Below are positions 44,808 through 57,634 of a stretch of DNA of 64,000 nt, piece by piece. The stretch comes from Bacteroidota bacterium. Its GTDB lineage: Bacteria; Bacteroidota; Bacteroidia; AKYH767-A; OLB10. Numbering within the stretch: the first letter of the stretch is position 1; each line of letters starts with the position of its first letter. Position numbers and translations under genes: made by a program. The DNA is taken from the NCBI GenBank assembly GCA_016713445.1, contig JADJPB010000014.1:128317-192316 (forward strand), read 5' to 3'. Under the pieces are notes generated by a model. It worked only from the letters and a program-made list of their open reading frames with translations. It did no database searches and was not told the origin of the DNA.

Positions 44808-46780
44808 TTACAACTTGTAGTGTCTGAAAGTGGTTAATTTGTCATTGTAACTCACTCTTAAATATAGCGATTGAGAAGGAAGACATGAAATATCAATCCC
44901 AATAGGAATTTTGCAGTTATTTAGTTCATGCAGAAGCCTACCATCTGATGAAAACAAAGCGATTTTTGCACACCCTATATCTTCATTTGACCAAAGTAAT
45001 AAAGAATTCCCCCCCGGCTCAATAGTTAGCTTCAAGGGGTTTTGATTATCATTCAGAAATCGAACCACAACAGTTTTTGAAAGAGTTGATAAACCATTAA
45101 AGTCTACTTGTCGAATCTCGATAATAGATGACTCCATGGTTAGGAAATAGATCATTGAACTGATAATCTAATCTATGATTTGAATTGCCATTCCCATCTT
45201 CAATGCCTAGGTATTCCCATTCTAATCCATCATAACTACGTTGAATTTCAAAATAGTCATTTTCTTTCTCTGATAAAGTTGTCCATTTGATAACCCACAT
45301 AATTGGATTTAGGAATCGCAGCAATTGCACCCCATTCAACTGGCAATGGGCTTCCGGCATTAAGTTTAAAAAAGAAACCATTCCCACTGGCTGGTGTGCT
45401 GTTTGTAACCGACATAACTCCAGCACCCATTAATAAATCGATAGTTCCTGTAGTCAATCTGCCCATAAAATAGGCATGTCCAGCAGGTGAAATGGTCATC
45501 GCCATAATTTGCTCAAAATTTACCGTTCCTTCAGGGTCAAGAAGAGATTCAAAAAAACCATTGTTATCAAGACGTAACACAAATGCATCTTCTAATGTAT
45601 TGCTTGCTGTTCCTGTTACTACACTCGGACCTGGGTCAAAATCAACTGTATTTTTAAAAGCACCTGCAAGAAATATTTTTCCTGATGGATTGACTTCTAT
45701 TATAGACGGTAACATCGAAAAACCACTAAATTGTCGCACCCATGAAAAATTCCCAATAGAGGAGATGTTTAATAAATATCCATCAAGACTTGAGGCAGTA
45801 AGGATAGTCGTTCCTGGTCCTGGATCAAAATCTATTGTGTTATTAAATCCCCCTATTACTAAAATATCACCACTATTTGAAAAGCAAACATCATTCGGAA
45901 AGTCGAATCCCGGACTACCGATGGAGGACGACCATAAGTAATTACCAAGTGCATTTAACTTCAGAAAAAAAATATCAGAAAAAGCGATAGCAGTTAAAGC
46001 ATTTACTCCAGCATTTGGATTAAAGTCTCCTGATCCGCTGAACGAACCTGTAATTATTATATTGCCTGCATTATCAACATCCATTCCTCCGATGTTTTCT
46101 GAAGTATTTGTTCCGCAAGAAACTGCCCATAAAAAATTACCAGCTGCATCTAGTTTGAAAACGCATACGTCGGCTCCACCTACTGAGGTAAGCGACGTAA
46201 TTCCTGGCCCTGGATCAAAATCAACGCTTAAACCAAAAGTGCCGCAACAATAAACATTTCCGAGTGCATCACTACCAACAGATATACTTTCTTCACTAGA
46301 TGTAGATCCTATAGACTTCGCCCAAATTAAACTGCCTGCAGGTGAAAATTTCGCAACTACAAAATCATTACCACCAGTTGATACTAGATTAAATACTCCA
46401 GGACCTGGGTCAAAATCAACAGTGCCACCGAAGTGCCCAAATGCATAAATATTTCCAGTTGCATCAAAGGAAAGAGAATTGAATACTTCCCAGCTTCCTC
46501 CCGTAAAAGTAATGACCCATAAAAAATTCCCAGATGGATCCAGCTTTTGAATAAAGGCATCCGTAAATCCACTCGCAGTAAAACTACTTATGCCTGCGGT
46601 AGGGTCTAAATCTACAGTACCCACATACCGTCCGGTATTGTACACATTCCCTGCTGCATCGGCTAAATTATCTTGCGGAAAGAAATCACTGCTCCCTGGG
46701 CAGATTGTTGCCCATTCAAGGGTATACGAACTTGCAGAAAATGATAATAAAACCAGTCCAAAGAACAAAAAGGGTAACAT
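44808..46780 (-). CDS. SBBP-type beta-propeller repeat protein with T9SS C-terminal domain (2 or more frameshifts)
   Basis: The block ..GGTVDFDPGPG..L.S.GG.D.F..K....G...W recurs about 7 times. The signal peptide is MLPFLFFGLVLLSFSASS. C-terminal pieces 45097-45426 and 44808-45155 end ..LYLRVSYNDKLTTFRHYKL. Confidence 0.65.
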
Positions 46781-46861
46781 ATTTAATCATGATACAAAAA
46801 ACGGGATTGTTCTAGAGTAGTCAATAACTCATATGTAGTAAAAGCAAAATGTAATAAGCGC

Positions 46862-46892
46862 AAAAAAGGGGCTGCATTTTTGATGCAACCCC
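46862..46892 (-). terminator. Intrinsic terminator after the zinc metallopeptidase gene
   Basis: On the minus strand GGGGTTGCAT caaaa ATGCAGCCCC is followed by T6. Confidence 0.7.
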
Positions 46893-46920
46893 TAAAGCAT
46901 GTGATTATTATTAAATCTGA

Positions 46921-47601
46921 TTAATCTCTTCTTCCCATATAAATCATGACATAATACATCAACGTTGCCAATGCTGCCAATGCGGCTACTACATAGGTCA
47001 TCGCAGCCCACCACAATGCATCTTTCGATTGAACGTGTTCTTGAGAAGTAGTAACATTGGAACTTTCTAACCAAACTAATGCTCTCTTGCTGGCGTCAAA
47101 TTCAACTGGAAGCGTTACAAAACTAAATGCCGTGGTTGCAGCAAATAGTGTGATGCCTAACAATAATAAACTTGGGAAGGTATTTACCATTACGATTCCA
47201 GCAAGTAACACCCAATGCACCCATTTGGAAGCAAAGCTAACCATCGGTACTAAAGCGGAACGTAATTGTAACATGCTATATGCACGTGCATGTTGTACAG
47301 CATGACCACATTCATGGGCAGAAACGGCAGCCGCAGCAGCGTTTCTTCCATAATATACATCGTGACTTAAGTTTACTGTTTTATCGAGTGGATTGTAGTG
47401 ATCGGTTAATCTTCCCTCTACAGAAATAACTTTTACCTCGTGAATATTGTGATCACGTAACATTTTCTCGGCAATTTGTTGTCCACTTAACCCCGAACTA
47501 ATTGGTGTTTGTGAGTACTTTTCGAATTTGCTTTTTAATTGTCGGCTCACTAACCAACCAATTATCATAAATGCAATCGAAATTAAATAAATCCCCATCA
47601 T
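46921..47601 (-). CDS. Putative neutral zinc metallopeptidase (YugP-like)
   Basis: 226 aa, with an N-terminal TM helix, HECGHAVQHA (HExxH) and C-terminal TM helices. Confidence 0.75.
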   Translation of the reverse strand: MMGIYLISIAFMIIGWLVSRQLKSKFEKYSQTPISSGLSGQQIAEKMLRDHNIHEVKVISVEGRLTDHYNPLDKTVNLSHDVYYGRNAAAAAVSAHECGHAVQHARAYSMLQLRSALVPMVSFASKWVHWVLLAGIVMVNTFPSLLLLGITLFAATTAFSFVTLPVEFDASKRALVWLESSNVTTSQEHVQSKDALWWAAMTYVVAALAALATLMYYVMIYMGRRD

Positions 47602-47718
47602 GGCTTTTTCAGTTTTTAATTTTTGTTGTATAGGTAGAAACGATTGTTCCTACTTTTTGTTTTACACTTTCGGACTATCAATTAGAATGCCCATGCAAAG
47701 TTAATGTCATTCCGTCAT

Positions 47719-48820
47719 TTATTCCCAACGGAAAAATTTAACCGCTAAGGCATAAATGAAAATGCCCCATGCTGAAATAACAGCAAGCGGAATTAGGATG
47801 TCCCCAACCCCGGCTCCTTCAAAGGCAACAAGTCGCATAGCATCATTTAAATAGGTGAGAGGCAGTACTTTGCAGATGGGCTGAAGCCATTCTGGAAAAT
47901 TTTCTATCCCGAAAAAAGTCCCAGATAAAAGAAATTGAGGTAACGTGACAATGTTCGCTAAAGGGCGGAATGGTGCTCTCACTTTTGGCTATTCCAGATA
48001 CTACAAAGCCAAATCCCATAAAGACAATAAGTCCTAACGCTGACAAAAACAGCATGGTGGCGAAGGTGGCAAATCCGTGAATAAGTGTAAATCCAAAGGC
48101 GAAATAACCCACTAAGATTAAAAAGGCAGCGCCCAAAAGAGCAAATACAAGTCTACTGATGGCTTCTCCCATCACGATAAAAGGTTTGCGAATGGGTGTA
48201 GCAAAAAATCTTTTAATCACTAAGGTTTGCCGTAAATTAAAAAACACGAAGGCTGTTCCGAAAACTCCAGAACTTAAAAGTGAAAAGCCAAGTTGACCAG
48301 GTAAAATAAAATCAATGGTTTTATATTCTCGAATATGTATTTCTTTTGAACTTAACGCAACCATCGGTTTTTCCATGGCCGCTGCTTGCAGATTGGCTTT
48401 ATCAACCAGATGTTCTAACATCGATCGAATAATGATTCCTTTTTCACGAGAAGCTATGTTCGTAGTGACTTCAACGTTATACGAAATCGTATTGTCTGCT
48501 AATCGTTTTTGAATATTGATGATAGCATCAATATCTCCTTTCTGTAAGTTGTGGTCTATTTCTTCTTTTGTCAAACCCGGAATTAAATGGAGTCCTTGCA
48601 TACTCGCGATACTATCAAAAACAGGATTATGTATATCACTATTCCCATCTAAAGCAACATCTAAGCGAATACCTCCGCCATTGATAAATCCAAAAACTAA
48701 AATAAAAATTAACGGAAACAACAACGTAAAAACCACTGCCGATGGGCTTCGCATGATCGACCTAAAACTCGCCCGAGCAATTGCCATCATGGCTCTGTAT
48801 TGTGAATAATTATTTTTCAA
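47719..48820 (-). CDS. ABC-2 type transporter permease (one frameshift near 47850-47980)
   Basis: Pieces 47843-48820 and 47719-47982 have a large extracytoplasmic loop followed by 5-6 TM segments, and lie downstream of the ABC ATPase. Confidence 0.75.
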
Positions 48821-48889
48821 TTTTTTTGATTGTTTTTACGCAATTAATTATTTTAAATATTATTACTATCCCCGCTTTTGTGTGCTTTT

Positions 48890-48977
48890 AGCTTCTAGCT
48901 TCTGGCTTCTGGCTTCTAGCTAGCTTCTAGCTTCTAGCTTCAAGCTTCTAGCTTCTGGCTATTAGCTTCTAGCTTCT
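48890..48977. repeat. Heptanucleotide tandem repeat (AGCTTCT/GGCTTCT, about 12 units)
   Basis: agcttctagcttctggcttctggcttctagctagcttctagcttctagcttcaagcttctagcttctggctattagcttctagcttct. A partial inverted copy (gctagaagccagcagccagcagc) lies at 49063-49093. Confidence 0.9.
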
Positions 48978-49090
48978 CCGCTCTTCGCTCTCATCTTCAT
49001 TACGTCCTTCGTACGGCAGCAGGGCAAGCGCTCTTCTTCAGTTAATCTTCTAATTACAAAATCCAGCAGCTAGAAGCCAGCAGCCAGCAG

Positions 49091-49856
49091 CTACCCTTCG
49101 CGCCATTCATGCCCTGTCAAATGAATAAACACATCTTCCAAATTCGCTTTCTTCACTTCCTTTTTTCTTTCAAATCCGGTTGCGACTAGTTTATCAATTA
49201 ATGCATCGGGTGCATCCAGTGCAATTATTTTTCCGGCTTCCATCACCGCAACACGATCACAGAGTTGTTCGGCTTCGTCCATGTAGTGTGTAGTGATGAC
49301 AACCGTCGTTCCGTTATCTCTTATTTTCCGAATTAAGTCCCATAAGTTTCTTCTGGCTTGTGGATCTAATCCCGTAGTAGGCTCATCTAAAAAAACAATT
49401 TTAGGCTGATTGATTAAAGTAGTTGCAATGCTAAATCGTTGTTTTTGTCCACCACTCAACTCTTTGAATTTTGCTTTGTGTTTGTCTTCAAGACCTACTT
49501 GCTTTAACATTTCCATGGGATCAACTTCTGCATTATACAAACCGGCAAACAATTCAATGAGCTCAGTTAAAGTTAAACTGGGATAATAGCCTGCTGCTTG
49601 CAACTGCACTCCAATTATTTTTTTGATTTCATTGGGATGTTGATCGATCGAAAAACCTGCTACTGTAACTTCACCCGAAGTTTTCTCGCGTAATGTTTCA
49701 ATGATTTCTAATGTGGTGGTCTTGCCGGCACCGTTTGGACCTAATAGTCCAAAAAATCTCCTTATCATAAACTTCAAAACTAACACCCTTTACGGCTTCA
49801 AATTTTTCGTAAGTCTTTTTTAGGTTCGTAACAGTAATGACAGGAGTGAGGTTCAT
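49091..49856 (-). CDS. ABC transporter ATP-binding protein of the ABC-2 system (one frameshift near 49700-49790)
   Basis: MNLTPVITVTNLKKTYEKFEAVKGVSFEV.., then ..GLLGPNGAGKTTT.. (Walker A), LSGGQKQR and IVFLDEPTTGLD. Confidence 0.85.
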
Positions 49857-49938
49857 TGCCCTCAAAGATAGCTGTATTTTTTTCAAATCAGGAATCAAGA
49901 ATAGGCTAACCACCCCTTATTAAAATTAAGCTATGGCT

Positions 49939-50374
49939 TTATCCTTGGCGCAAGAAAGCCCAGCGCCTTCTGATCGATAAGTAATTCAAATCGTCTTCGT
50001 GTTGGTAGGCTTCCTTTTCAAAGGAGATGGATCGGTAAGCAGCATGATGTGTGTAGCCTTTCAATCGAAAGAATAAATATTCAATAAAGTACCAGATGTA
50101 AAAAGGCAGGACCAGCAATTCCAACTGTTGTGTCAAGTGGATGCGTTCATGGTTTAGAAGTTGTGGTGAATGGGGTAGATCTTTTTTTCTAAGCACGATA
50201 AATGGAAATAGTGCCATGCCTGAAGCTGGTAGTCGCCGCAAAATAATGAGAATTCCGTTCATAAATGCCGAGAGTAGTTAATTGGAAAATAATATCGTCA
50301 AAGGTATTAGCTTTCATGTGATCTGGATGAATATTATCGATTAATTGAAAATAGCGGATTGATTTTAACTTCAT
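49939..50374 (-). CDS. Hypothetical protein with an NHERIH motif (one frameshift)
   Basis: Pieces 50189-50374 and 49939-50262. No family is recognised. Confidence 0.35.
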
Positions 50375-50607
50375 TTTTTTCTGGGCGATCTACAATGGCT
50401 AGTTTGGGAAGAAATCATCCAGGTTGCTACCATAGGAGGTTGCCCAATTAATTTGTATTTGAGCTGATATATTTTGCAGGTGGAATAGAGTAAGCCATCT
50501 GAATGCCACTCGTTTTTTCTTAATGATTTTTATTTAAATTGTTAGTGTTTTGCTTTGGTAGAATAACCCTTACAGAGTTTAAAACTATGTAAGGGTTAAG
50601 CGCGGTA

Positions 50608-53600
50608 TCAATCCTTCACCACTTTAACAATGCTGTTTATATTTGAAGAAGTGATTCTTAAAAAATAAATTCCTGCATTTATTTTTTCGGTACAGCAAAG
50701 GTTGATGTCGTTAGTTCCTATGGCTAACTGGATCGTTTCTGATTGTATAATTTTTCCGGTTAAATCAATCAGTTGCATAGTTGCTGCTTCTGCAATTTCG
50801 GAATTGAATTGTGCATTTAAATTGTTGTTAAACGGATTGGGGTAAACTAAAACTTTTGTAGTGCTTAATTCAGATTGATTTGTTAATTCATCGTTATTGC
50901 GCAATGGAAATGTTGTAGAAGCTAAGGTGTAGAAAGTGAAACCTACCGGAAGGGTAGAAGAATAGTCCAGTTGTGACAAACCACTATTTGCAGTAACTGT
51001 ATTAGTAGTTGTATTAACAGTTGATGGTAATAACTGCCATACACCTTCCGGATCATTCATACTTCTGCGAAAAATAGCAAGGTCGCTTTCGTTTACAATT
51101 AGCTCACTTTCGTCATATTTTAATTTAATAGTAGCATTTAAGCCAATTCCACCTGATGAATTGCTTACGAAATAAACTCTATTAATGGACGAATTACCGT
51201 TTAATCCTGCAGTCTGCTCAGGGACTCTGTAAATATGTATATTGTTTAATGGATTGTTACAAGTAATTATAAAACCAAGGTTGCCAATATTTAGGTTCGA
51301 CACGGGAGTAACTACTGTTGTATCTTTGCTAATTGAGAAAGCGTCTAATCCAGATATAACTTCTGAGTTTCTAAAGGTATTACCTGGGGTTTCCGTTACA
51401 CGACCTTGATTTCCGGAACTTGAAATTGGGCTCTCGACTAAGAATATTCGCGATTTTCTCATATCAAAACTTCCAGAAATAAGTTTTGCGTTACCAAACA
51501 ATTCCATCTTTCCAGTGCTTTCGTGCGCAAAAGGCAAATCGAACTCGTTGTTCAATTTTACGCCTGCCGGATTGTTTAAAATAAAATTATTCAGGTTCTC
51601 TGCAACCAATTCATAAGGTGGATGACTGATGTTACCTAAAAGAGAAAGTGTTCCCTGTGCTATGCCTGCACTTATTAAATCGCAATCTAAAAATCCGGTT
51701 GCTGTAGTTTTAGAGCCAATTGTTACATTACTTCCTGCCATTGAAAAATAGCCATTCACTTTTAACGTATCAAGCGTAAGATCCTTTAGTAGATACAGCG
51801 TATCGTTTGCTGACAAACCAAATCCATTATATTCAAAATATCGCAGTTTATCCATGCGGATAAACTGAAAATCCTGATCGGCACAATATGCGGGATCGTT
51901 GTAAATAGATAATCTTCCCTCGAGTGGTTTTGAATTAGTAATTTTTTTTGTGGTTGCTTCGTTGCCAAGATAAACAACCTTTCCGGCAATAATTATTGAG
52001 CTTCCTGCAAGGTTGAAGTTTTCGAAAATATATAGATTATTAAAAATAATATCGCGATTGGTATTAATAAGTTTTACCAATGGATTTACAATTTCAACAT
52101 CACATGACAGTCCGGCAATGTTGGCTGAAACATTATTATTGAATTTCATAGTTTGAGAGGCTGAGCCTGTAAAACGTAGTGACGGAATTAAATAATTATT
52201 CGTTAATGGAAGAAGACTTCCATCGATTCCTATATGACCCTGATTAACTATTAAATTTTTCTTTAATGAAATTTCATCTCCTTCATCCATCTTGATGTTG
52301 GGAACATCGGCTCCATTGCCTGATGCAGTTCCATTTAATTTCAAATCACCATTGATAGTTGCAACATCACTGAAATCATACGTGTTGTCGCTTAATAAAT
52401 TATTTAAGCTCTTTAAGGTAAGATTATTAAATTCCATGCCCACAGGGAAAACACTGCTATGATTCAGTATCATAGTGCCACCATTTAAATCAAACATATT
52501 TGCATCGCTAGCAGTAATTTCTCCATACACATTTAAGGTGCCGCCCGTCATTGATAACGTGCCTCCCGTTTGAATTTCCAATTTACGACAAGACGCTGTA
52601 CCTGTTGTAATAACCGGATAGTTGGGTCTGCCGTCCGGTATTTTAACATTGTCATCTTTCAAGGGAATTTGTTGTGGTTCCCAGTTGGTAATGCCAAACC
52701 AATTGGAGGAGGTGTTTCCGGTCCAGACAATAGGGTTTAATGCATCTACGTAATACACTTCCCTGCCAATCAGATTGTCATAGATGGCATCGTAGTATAA
52801 TCTTTCACCAAAAACGGTGAGATTTCTGGGAAAGACGTTGGTGCTATTACTGTTTGTTGGTTTTACTTCTTCTAATGTTGCCGGATCCTCTCCCTGTCCT
52901 GTAAAGAAAGGTACCTGGAACCTCCAACAGGAGTGGCGCTGAAATATAATTTATTGTCAAAGGCAGTAAAGAGGGTAATATTGTTAAAAGCAGGAGTGGT
53001 ACTACTGCTAAGAAACAATTGAGTGCCACTTACTGTTCCATCAGTAACCCATACTTCCTTAACAGAAGGTGTTACCTGATTAAAAAAATACATTTTGCTA
53101 CCTACAATGGTATAGCTTGGATTGGATGACACATTTATATTTCCAAACAATTGTGTGCCGCCCGCAGTACCATCGCTGATCCATAATTTATATGTACCCC
53201 AGGTGCTCCGGCCGCGAAAAACATATGATTATTAAACTCAATAAAATTTCTTGGGTTGCTAGCGGCTGACCCGGGTACCAGGTCTGCAAAGAGGTTTGTG
53301 CCTGCTGTTGTCCCATCAGAAACGAAAAGTTCAGTACCGTTAGTACCGTCGGTCGCGGTAAAAAACAATAGCCCGTTGAAGTCAAAAGAGTTAGCAAACT
53401 CTCCCAATTGAAGAGATCCTATAAAGGGATTGGGATCTAAATCCTTTACCATGGATGCGATTGTACCTGTTGTGGACCACAATTCCGTACCGCTGCCTGA
53501 AGGGGGACCACTTGCTGAAAAGAATAATTTATTATTAGATACGATTAAGTGATTCGGGTTAGAGGAACCTCCTCCGACGGCAATATCAAATAAGGTTATG

Positions 53601-54095
53601 CCTCCTAAAGCGTCTGCAGCATATAACTCCATTCCTGTTGATCCTTGTGCCCCGAAAGTAGGCCTTCCCGTCATATTCTGTTATAACTGTTGTGTTGGAC
53701 TGACCGCTGCTGCCGGAGTTTATATTCGAAAGCCCATTTGTTCCAAATTCAGTACCATCAGAGGACCATATTTCATTGCCGGCAGCACCATCATCGGCAA
53801 AGAAATATAATTTTGGTCCTACTGCTATCAAACTATGAGGATTGCTAGAGCCCGTACCGGGTCTTATATCCTTTAGCAACCGGGTACCTGCTTCCGTGCC
53901 ATCGGTCACCCAAGGCTCGACTCTGTTACTCCATCAAAGCCTGTAAAGTAGATCTCACCATTGAATTCTTACATAGGGCCCACCAGATCCACTGCTGGTA
54001 GGATGAATGTCTTTGAGCAGCACCGGTTCCTGTGAATAAACATTTAAATTCAGCAAGAGAAACAAAATCAGAAGGAAGGGAGACGTGGTTTTCAT
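50608..54095 (-). CDS. Very large T9SS cargo protein with N-terminal ELWxxDGT-type repeats (many frame switches in 52760-54095)
   Basis: ATG at 54095 gives the signal peptide MKTTSPFLLILFLLLNLNVYSQ. The repeats include GTELWSTTGT, GTELFVSDGTTAGT, GNEIWSSDGTEFGT and MTDGTEAGT. The intact 716-aa C-terminal ORF ends ..VLVYPNPFNNNLN...GIYFLRITSSNINSIVKVVKD (T9SS CTD). Confidence 0.7.
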
Positions 54096-54220
54096 ATGGT
54101 TTTAATTTAGTTGATAGTTTTAAAGTTGAATTTCAGTAACAAATGTATATGGCTGTTTTCCAACTTTAATCCCCGATATAGGGTAGATTCGAAAAGATTG
54201 CTATGGGAATAAGAAGTCGG

Positions 54221-54241
54221 CTCACCCAAATGGGGGAGAAG
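54221..54241. promoter_or_regulatory. Motif copy c (CTCACCCAAATGGGGGAGAAG) about 125 bp upstream of the ELWxxDGT gene
   Basis: It resembles the sequences at 57613-57634 and 58198-58235, in the same orientation relative to the downstream gene. Confidence 0.35.
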
Positions 54242-54347
54242 ATCAGGATAAAAATCAGTCGTAGACCAAATTGCGTAAAAGCTTTAAAGCGATTTAGATA
54301 TTTAAGTTTCGTGGAGTTGGGAAAAAATACCAGCTAAGAAAAGAAGT

Positions 54348-56626
54348 TTATGATGCTAAAGGAAGAGATAAGCTTATTCGTGTACCCTTATCCATGCTTT
54401 GAATATCTATTGCTCCATTAAGTTCACTCGCTCTTTCCTTCATATTTCTTAAGCCATTCCCACCATTAGTTGATGTCGGATCAAAGCCAATCCCATTGTC
54501 GCTGATCGTGATATTCATCAGGTTGTTATTTTTTCTGATGTCCACATCTACGAGTGTTGCCTGCGAATATTTAGCGCAATTGTTTATGGCTTCTTTGAAA
54601 ATAAGAAACATGTTTTGTTTCATTTCAATCGAGTAATTAATAGAATGAAGTGATTTGTCACTGGTGAAGTTCAACTTAATTCCTTTGGATGAAAATAAAG
54701 AGTAAGCGAACGTCTCCATTCGATTGAAAATAACTTCACCACTATCATTGATCGGGTTTATACTCCAAACAATGTCGCTCAGATTGGAAATAGTTTCACG
54801 CGCATTTTCTCCGATTTTATTTACGAGATCCATTACTTTCTCGGTTTCGTTATGCGTCAGTTTGTTTTTGATGGCCTCGCTGTAAATACTGATGCTGCTC
54901 AGCGTGCTGCCCACATCATCATGGAGGTCTGCACTGATGGCTTTTCGCTGACGCAAGATGGCTTCTTTTTGTTCCAGTTGTTTTCTCAGTTTTAATCGGT
55001 TGAAGACCAGAAAGCCGATGATGAGTAAGGCCAAAGAGCCTCCTGTGGTCACACCTCTTAAGAGTTTCTCTTCACCAAGCTCATTGTTCTTCAGGTCCCG
55101 CTCTTGCTTTGATAATTGAAGTTCATAGGCCTCTGCTTTTGATTTCAATAGTTGCTTTTCCAGTTCTTGTTGGGTGCTGGTTAGTCGGAGTTCGGAAATG
55201 GCATTTGAGGAGCTTAATAATTCTATTTCATTCTTGTTTTTTTCATCACGCAATTTTGAAATCAGCAAAGCGGAAAGTTGTTCTTTTAAAGAAATGTCTT
55301 TGAAAGCGTTTTCTTTGTTTAATAAAAGTATTTCATTGTCTTTTTTTTCTGTTTCATACCGAATTTTTAGTTCTTCAATTTGTTTTTTGTTTTCTTCATT
55401 AAGGAGTTCTTTTTGCGCTTTGTATGATAATTTTAAGAAAGTTAAAGATTGCTCTGCATGAAAGAGTCGGGTAGTTGTGGAAAAACTAGTATCGGCAGCC
55501 ATGGTACTGTCTAAAATCGAAAGGTTTTTATAGGTACTCGGTAAATGTATTTTATTATCCAATTTCTTGAGAAGTTCAAGTGCTTCATTTAATCGTTCTC
55601 GTGATTCTGCATATCTTTTTTGAACAGTATAGAGGTATCCTAGATTTACCCAATCTGCTGCAATAAGACTGTTTTTAATTCCGTCTACAGGAAAACTGTT
55701 TATAGATGTCAAAAGTAATTTTTCTGCCTCTGCGAAGTGATTTTCAGCTTCTATTTTATTATTCGCTTCTAATTTCCGTAAACCCATATCTTTTAGGACA
55801 AGAGATAGTGTTCTAGAATTTGACAAATAGCCACTTCTATTGGTTGTTGATTTGAGATAGAGTTCATTTGACTGTGATAAAGCAAAGTAAGCCGAGTCGT
55901 ATTTCTCCATATCTCTGTATATTATACCCATGTTAGAATATACATTGGCAACACCCTCTGTGTAATTTATTTTTGAAAAATAGAATTTGGCTTTTGAGTA
56001 ATAATCAATGGCTTCATTGAGTTTATCCTGAACTTGAAATAGTGATCCTAGGTTAAAGTAATTTGTAGCCATTCCGGCTGTGTCTTTTACTTCCTCATAA
56101 ACTTTTAGCGCGCTAAAATAGTACTTGGCGGCTTCGGTGTAATTCGCCATTAATTTGTACATCACTGCAATATTTAAATAGCTGTTGCCTATACTTTTTT
56201 TATGATTGAGTAACAAAGATAACTGCAACGCTTTTTCATGATATTGCAGAGATTTGGAAATATTCTCCAGATCTTTGTATAGTATCCCAAGAGCAGTATA
56301 TATTTTTATTTCACCTAAGGTATACTTAACCTTTTTTGCCAATAGAAGACCGGAGTCAGCGCATTTAAGTATAAAATCCGCTTCTACTTTATTGATTAGC
56401 ACTCCTTTTTTCTTCAGCAGTTTTCGGGTAAAAATGGCAAGGGAATCAACCTTAGCGGAGTCGTTCTTTAGTAAAAGAATTTTTCTAGCTGGGCGTTATT
56501 GGAATTTACATCTTGCGCTTTTACTTGACTGGAAAAAATTAATAAAATAACAAATAGAAATTTATGGATTGTTTGAAATAAGCATTCAAGCCAATTTTTG
56601 TAATGCACTATTATAGTAAGATTCAT
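54348..56626 (-). CDS. Sensor histidine kinase with N-terminal TPR repeats (HisKA_3 / HATPase_c; frameshift near the N-terminus; start uncertain)
   Basis: TPR-like repeats (..YLNIAVMYKLMANYTEAAKYYFSALKVYEE..), a coiled coil, a TM segment, the H-box ISADLHDDVGSTLSSI, and the N/G boxes ..EAINNCAKYS..DNGIGF..GNGLRNM... Confidence 0.8.
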
Positions 56627-56870
56627 TGTGGTTTAGTAAGGGTATGGAACCGCGGATTTTTTTCTTACTGTAAATATATTTATTTTTTGAATCCAAATTA
56701 TTTTTACAAATCGATCACTGAACTAAAAACAAAAAATGAATATCTACATGTGATCAAATAGTAAGTTCATTTGAATTTTATTAGGTTAGATGATTTAAAT
56801 TAACTTGCAAAAAGCTGTATCGAAAATTATTAATTTAGTCAATCAAAGACGAAGACGGTACTTTCTTCCT

Positions 56871-57523
56871 TTAAGGAACTATCTTTTGATTGATCGCTTT
56901 CGCTACTGCTTCTGTCATACTGGCAACATGTAGTTTCTCATATATATTTTTCATGTGCGATCGAACTGTTTCGTAAGTTATGCCGCAATGATCAGCTATC
57001 ATTTTATAGCTTAATCCGTTGACCAAACAAGTGAGTACCTCCTTTTCTCTTATGGTTAAATTGTATTCTTCCGTTTTCTTGTTGGAAGTGTTTGCTTCAA
57101 TCGGTTTAAACAGAAACCCCAAGACTTTGCGGGCTACGCTGGGACTCATCGGGCTTCCTCCCTGGTAGACTTCAACAATATATTCTAAAATTTTGGAAGG
57201 AGCTGTACTTTTCAAAATATATCCAGAGGCACCGGCACAAATGGCATTGAATACATTTTCGTCATTTTCAAAAGCTGTTTTCATGAGGACGTTGATCCTA
57301 GGGAATTCCTTTTTAACGATTTTTACCGCTTCAATTCCATTAATGCCAGGCATTTCAATGTCCATCAAAATCACATCGGGCTGGCTTTTGTAATTTTGGT
57401 TTGTAGGTCAGAACAATCGGTATAAATACCTGCTATTTGATATCCCGGTGTACCATCAATTAGTACACTGAGTGAATCCAATAATCGTTTGTTGTCATCA
57501 AATATAGTTACGCGAATGGCCAT
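56871..57523 (-). CDS. LuxR/NarL-family response regulator (one frameshift near 57375-57400)
   Basis: ATG at 57523 gives MAIRVTIFDDNKRLLDSL..., then ..DVILMDIEMPGINGIEA.. (receiver domain), and a C-terminal LuxR HTH (LTIREKEVLTCLVNGLSYKMIADHCGITYETVRSHMKNIYEKL). Confidence 0.85.
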
Positions 57524-57612
57524 AAGTTTCTGTTTAATATAAAGCGAATTGGTAGATTAAGACGCCAATTTTATTTCAAGGGCTAAAATTAGCATATCAT
57601 TATTGATAAGAC

Positions 57613-57634
57613 TTCACCTAATTTGGGGATAAGC
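57613..57634. promoter_or_regulatory. Motif copy a (TTCACCTAATTTGGGGATAAGC) about 90 bp upstream of the response-regulator gene
   Basis: See the copies at 54221-54241 and 58198-58235. Confidence 0.35.

Noticed and set aside
48890-48977. The heptamer tract as a repetitive peptide-coding region.
   Set aside because: A 7-nt period changes frame every unit. The tract lies between two cistrons with their own stop and start signals.
57543-57570. gcgaattggtagattaagacgccaatt resembles the tRNA-Leu D-arm (GCGGAATTGGTAGAC).
   Set aside because: Only about 14 nt are similar and no other tRNA elements follow. It is probably chance, or at most a tiny fragment.
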